64,000 nucleotides of DNA. Origin: Escherichia coli (GTDB lineage: Bacteria; Pseudomonadota; Gammaproteobacteria; Enterobacterales; Enterobacteriaceae). How positions within the stretch are numbered: the stretch's first letter is position 1; every line of letters starts with the position of its first letter. The position numbers and the translations under genes were made by a program. This document shows, piece by piece, positions 63,201-64,000 of this stretch. The notes below the pieces were generated by a model. That model was not told the DNA's origin and searched no databases. It was given only the letters and a program-made list of their open reading frames with translations. The stretch lies in assembly GCF_016026235.1 (NCBI RefSeq), contig NZ_CP065613.1, one strand, 5' to 3'.

Positions 63201-63752
63201 ATCGGCCAGCGGGACAATTTTGTTGATTTCGTGGGACGTGCGGAAACCATCAAAGAAATGAATAAATGGCACGCGGCTCTTCAGCGTCGCGATGTGCGAA
63301 ATGAGAGCAAAGTCTTGCGCTTCCTGGACGTTTGCTGCACACAACATCGCGCAACCCGTCTGGCGCACCGCCATGACGTCGGAATGATCGCCAAAAATAG
63401 AGAGTGCATGTGTGGCAACGGTACGTGCCGCTACATGCAGGACAAACGGTGTGAGTTCGCCTGCCAGTTTGTACAGCGTCGGGATCATCAGCAGCAAACC
63501 CTGCGATGACGTAAACGATGTTGAAAGGGCACCCGTCTGCAAAGCGCCATGCACGGTAGCGATAGCACCCGCTTCCGACTGCATTTCAACCACGCGTGGT
63601 GTGTCTCCCCAAACGTTCTTCAAGCCGTTTCCGGCCCAGGCATCAGCCTGTTCTGCCATCGTGGAACTGGGGGTAATAGGGTAGATGGCGATAACTTCAC
63701 TGGTGCGAAACGCCACCGAAGCAACCGCGCCATTACCGTCAATAGTAATCAT
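60228..63752 (-). CDS. ydbK: Pyruvate:flavodoxin/ferredoxin oxidoreductase YdbK (NifJ-like)
   Basis: Intact 1174-aa ORF with two 4Fe-4S ferredoxin motifs (CTQCNHCVAACP, CTGCNLCVEVCP) and a TPP-binding C-terminal domain (GGDGWAYDIG). Confidence 0.93.
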   Translation of the reverse strand: MITIDGNGAVASVAFRTSEVIAIYPITPSSTMAEQADAWAGNGLKNVWGDTPRVVEMQSEAGAIATVHGALQTGALSTSFTSSQGLLLMIPTLYKLAGELTPFVLHVAARTVATHALSIFGDHSDVMAVRQTGCAMLCAANVQEAQDFALISHIATLKSRVPFIHFFDGFRTSHEINKIVPLADDTILDLMPQAEIDAHRARALNPEHPVIRGTSANPDTYFQSREATNPWYNAVYDHVEQAMNDFSAATGRQYQPFEYYGHPQAERVIILMGSAIGTCEEVVDELLTRGEKVGVLKVRLYRPFSAKHLLQALPGSVRSVAVLDRTKEPSAQAEPLYLDVMTALAEAFNNGERETLPRIIGGRYGLSSKEFGPDCVLAVFAELNAAKPKARFTVGIYDDVTNLSLPLPENTLPNSAKLEALFYGLGSDGSVSATKNNIKIIGNSTPWYAQGYFVYDSKKAGGLTVSHLRVSEQPIRSAYLISQADFVGCHQLQFIDKYQMAERLKPGGIFLLNTPYSADEVWSRLPQEVQAVLNQKKARFYVINAAKIARECGLAARINTVMQMAFFHLTQILPGDSALAELQGAIAKSYSSKGQDLVERNWQALALARESVEEVPLQPVNPHSANRPPVVSDAAPDFVKTVTAAMLAGLGDALPVSALPPDGTWPMGTTRWEKRNIAEEIPIWKEELCTQCNHCVAACPHSAIRAKVVPPEAMENAPASLHSLDVKSRDMRGQKYVLQVAPEDCTGCNLCVEVCPAKDRQNPEIKAINMMSRLEHVEEEKINYDFFLNLPEIDRSKLERIDIRTSQLITPLFEYSGACSGCGETPYIKLLTQLYGDRMLIANATGCSSIYGGNLPSTPYTTDANGRGPAWANSLFEDNAEFGLGFRLTVDQHRVRVLRLLDQFADKIPAELLTALKSDATPEVRREQVAALRQQLNDVAEAHELLRDADALVEKSIWLIGGDGWAYDIGFGGLDHVLSLTENVNILVLDTQCYSNTGGQASKATPLGAVTKFGEHGKRKARKDLGVSMMMYGHVYVAQISLGAQLNQTVKAIQEAEAYPGPSLIIAYSPCEEHGYDLALSHDQMRQLTATGFWPLYRFDPRRADEGKLPLALDSRPPSEALEETLLHEQRFRRLNSQQPEVAEQLWKDAAADLQKRYDFLAQMAGKAEKSNTD

Positions 63753-64000
63753 ATGACACCCTTACATTGCGCAAATGAGGGGCGCACGAAATTGCTGCGC
63801 GCCCAGTAGTAATCCTTCAATTTTAGCAAATGGCTTTCTTCTGCATTTTCGCTTTTGTGTCCCCCACATCAGCGTAATGAATGTTTTGATCAAACAGAGG
63901 GCAAAAAAATAGCCATAAAAAAGTAAAAATGCGGGGCAACGCGCAGGACAGCTCTCGACGCCGCCCTCTGTGCTGCCTATTATTTATGGCGGTGTCGTTT

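Noticed and set aside
60266-63809. Numerous 60-180-aa plus-strand ORFs inside ydbK
   Set aside because: All are antisense to an uninterrupted 1174-aa gene with clear Fe-S and TPP motifs.
63753-64000. Possible start of a downstream gene or a SoxS-type regulatory site upstream of ydbK
   Set aside because: There is too little sequence before the window ends, and I could align no motif confidently.

Overview
This is an E. coli/Shigella-type chromosome segment interrupted by a ~48.5-kb mosaic lambdoid prophage. All identifications come from manual reading and remembered family or K-12 sequences; no searches were run.

Chromosomal genes, left side: a truncated AraC-family regulator, an HlyD-type adaptor, a frameshifted EmrB-like MFS gene, smrA, dgcM, zntB, the FnrS sRNA with its FNR box, a small Pro-rich ORF, dbpA, REP elements and ttcA. 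Right side: a ttcA 5' remnant, uspF, ompN, the MicC sRNA and ydbK.

The prophage sits in the 5' end of ttcA, the Rac att site. Its 26-bp core repeats are at 9474-9499 and 57929-57954. Modules in order:
- IntR/XisR-like integration genes.
- A RecE-N-terminal-like gene split by an IS10-like element, next to a Sak4-like ATPase.
- A Qin-like immunity region: DicA-like repressor, YdfA-like gene, DicF-like sRNA and a divergent Cro-like gene.
- YdaT/YdaU/DnaC-like replication genes, followed by an IS911 copy.
- A nin-like region with HNH, hok/sok, DUF1367, YbcO-like and Q genes.
- A late promoter and terminator, an ORF6N gene and four tRNAs.
- An S21-type holin, SAR endolysin and Rz/Rz1.
- A lambda-like cos site, then a Gifsy/lambda-type head and tail module running to J, lom, stf and tfa.
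- The sitABCD Mn/Fe transporter as terminal cargo, with MntR and Fur boxes.

Most notable observations:
1. A P1-c4-like three-part RNA complementarity network sits over the rha ribosome-binding site.
2. A DicF-like sRNA lacks dicB and is followed by a perfect 22-bp long-range inverted repeat.
3. At least 10 frame disruptions are each explained by loss of one base; nine map to a specific homopolymer run, one only to an A-rich stretch. Eight are in morphogenesis genes. This is either an assembly artefact or prophage decay.
4. GGGGCAAA repeat clusters lie in both att arms.
5. sitABCD lies inside the prophage boundaries.
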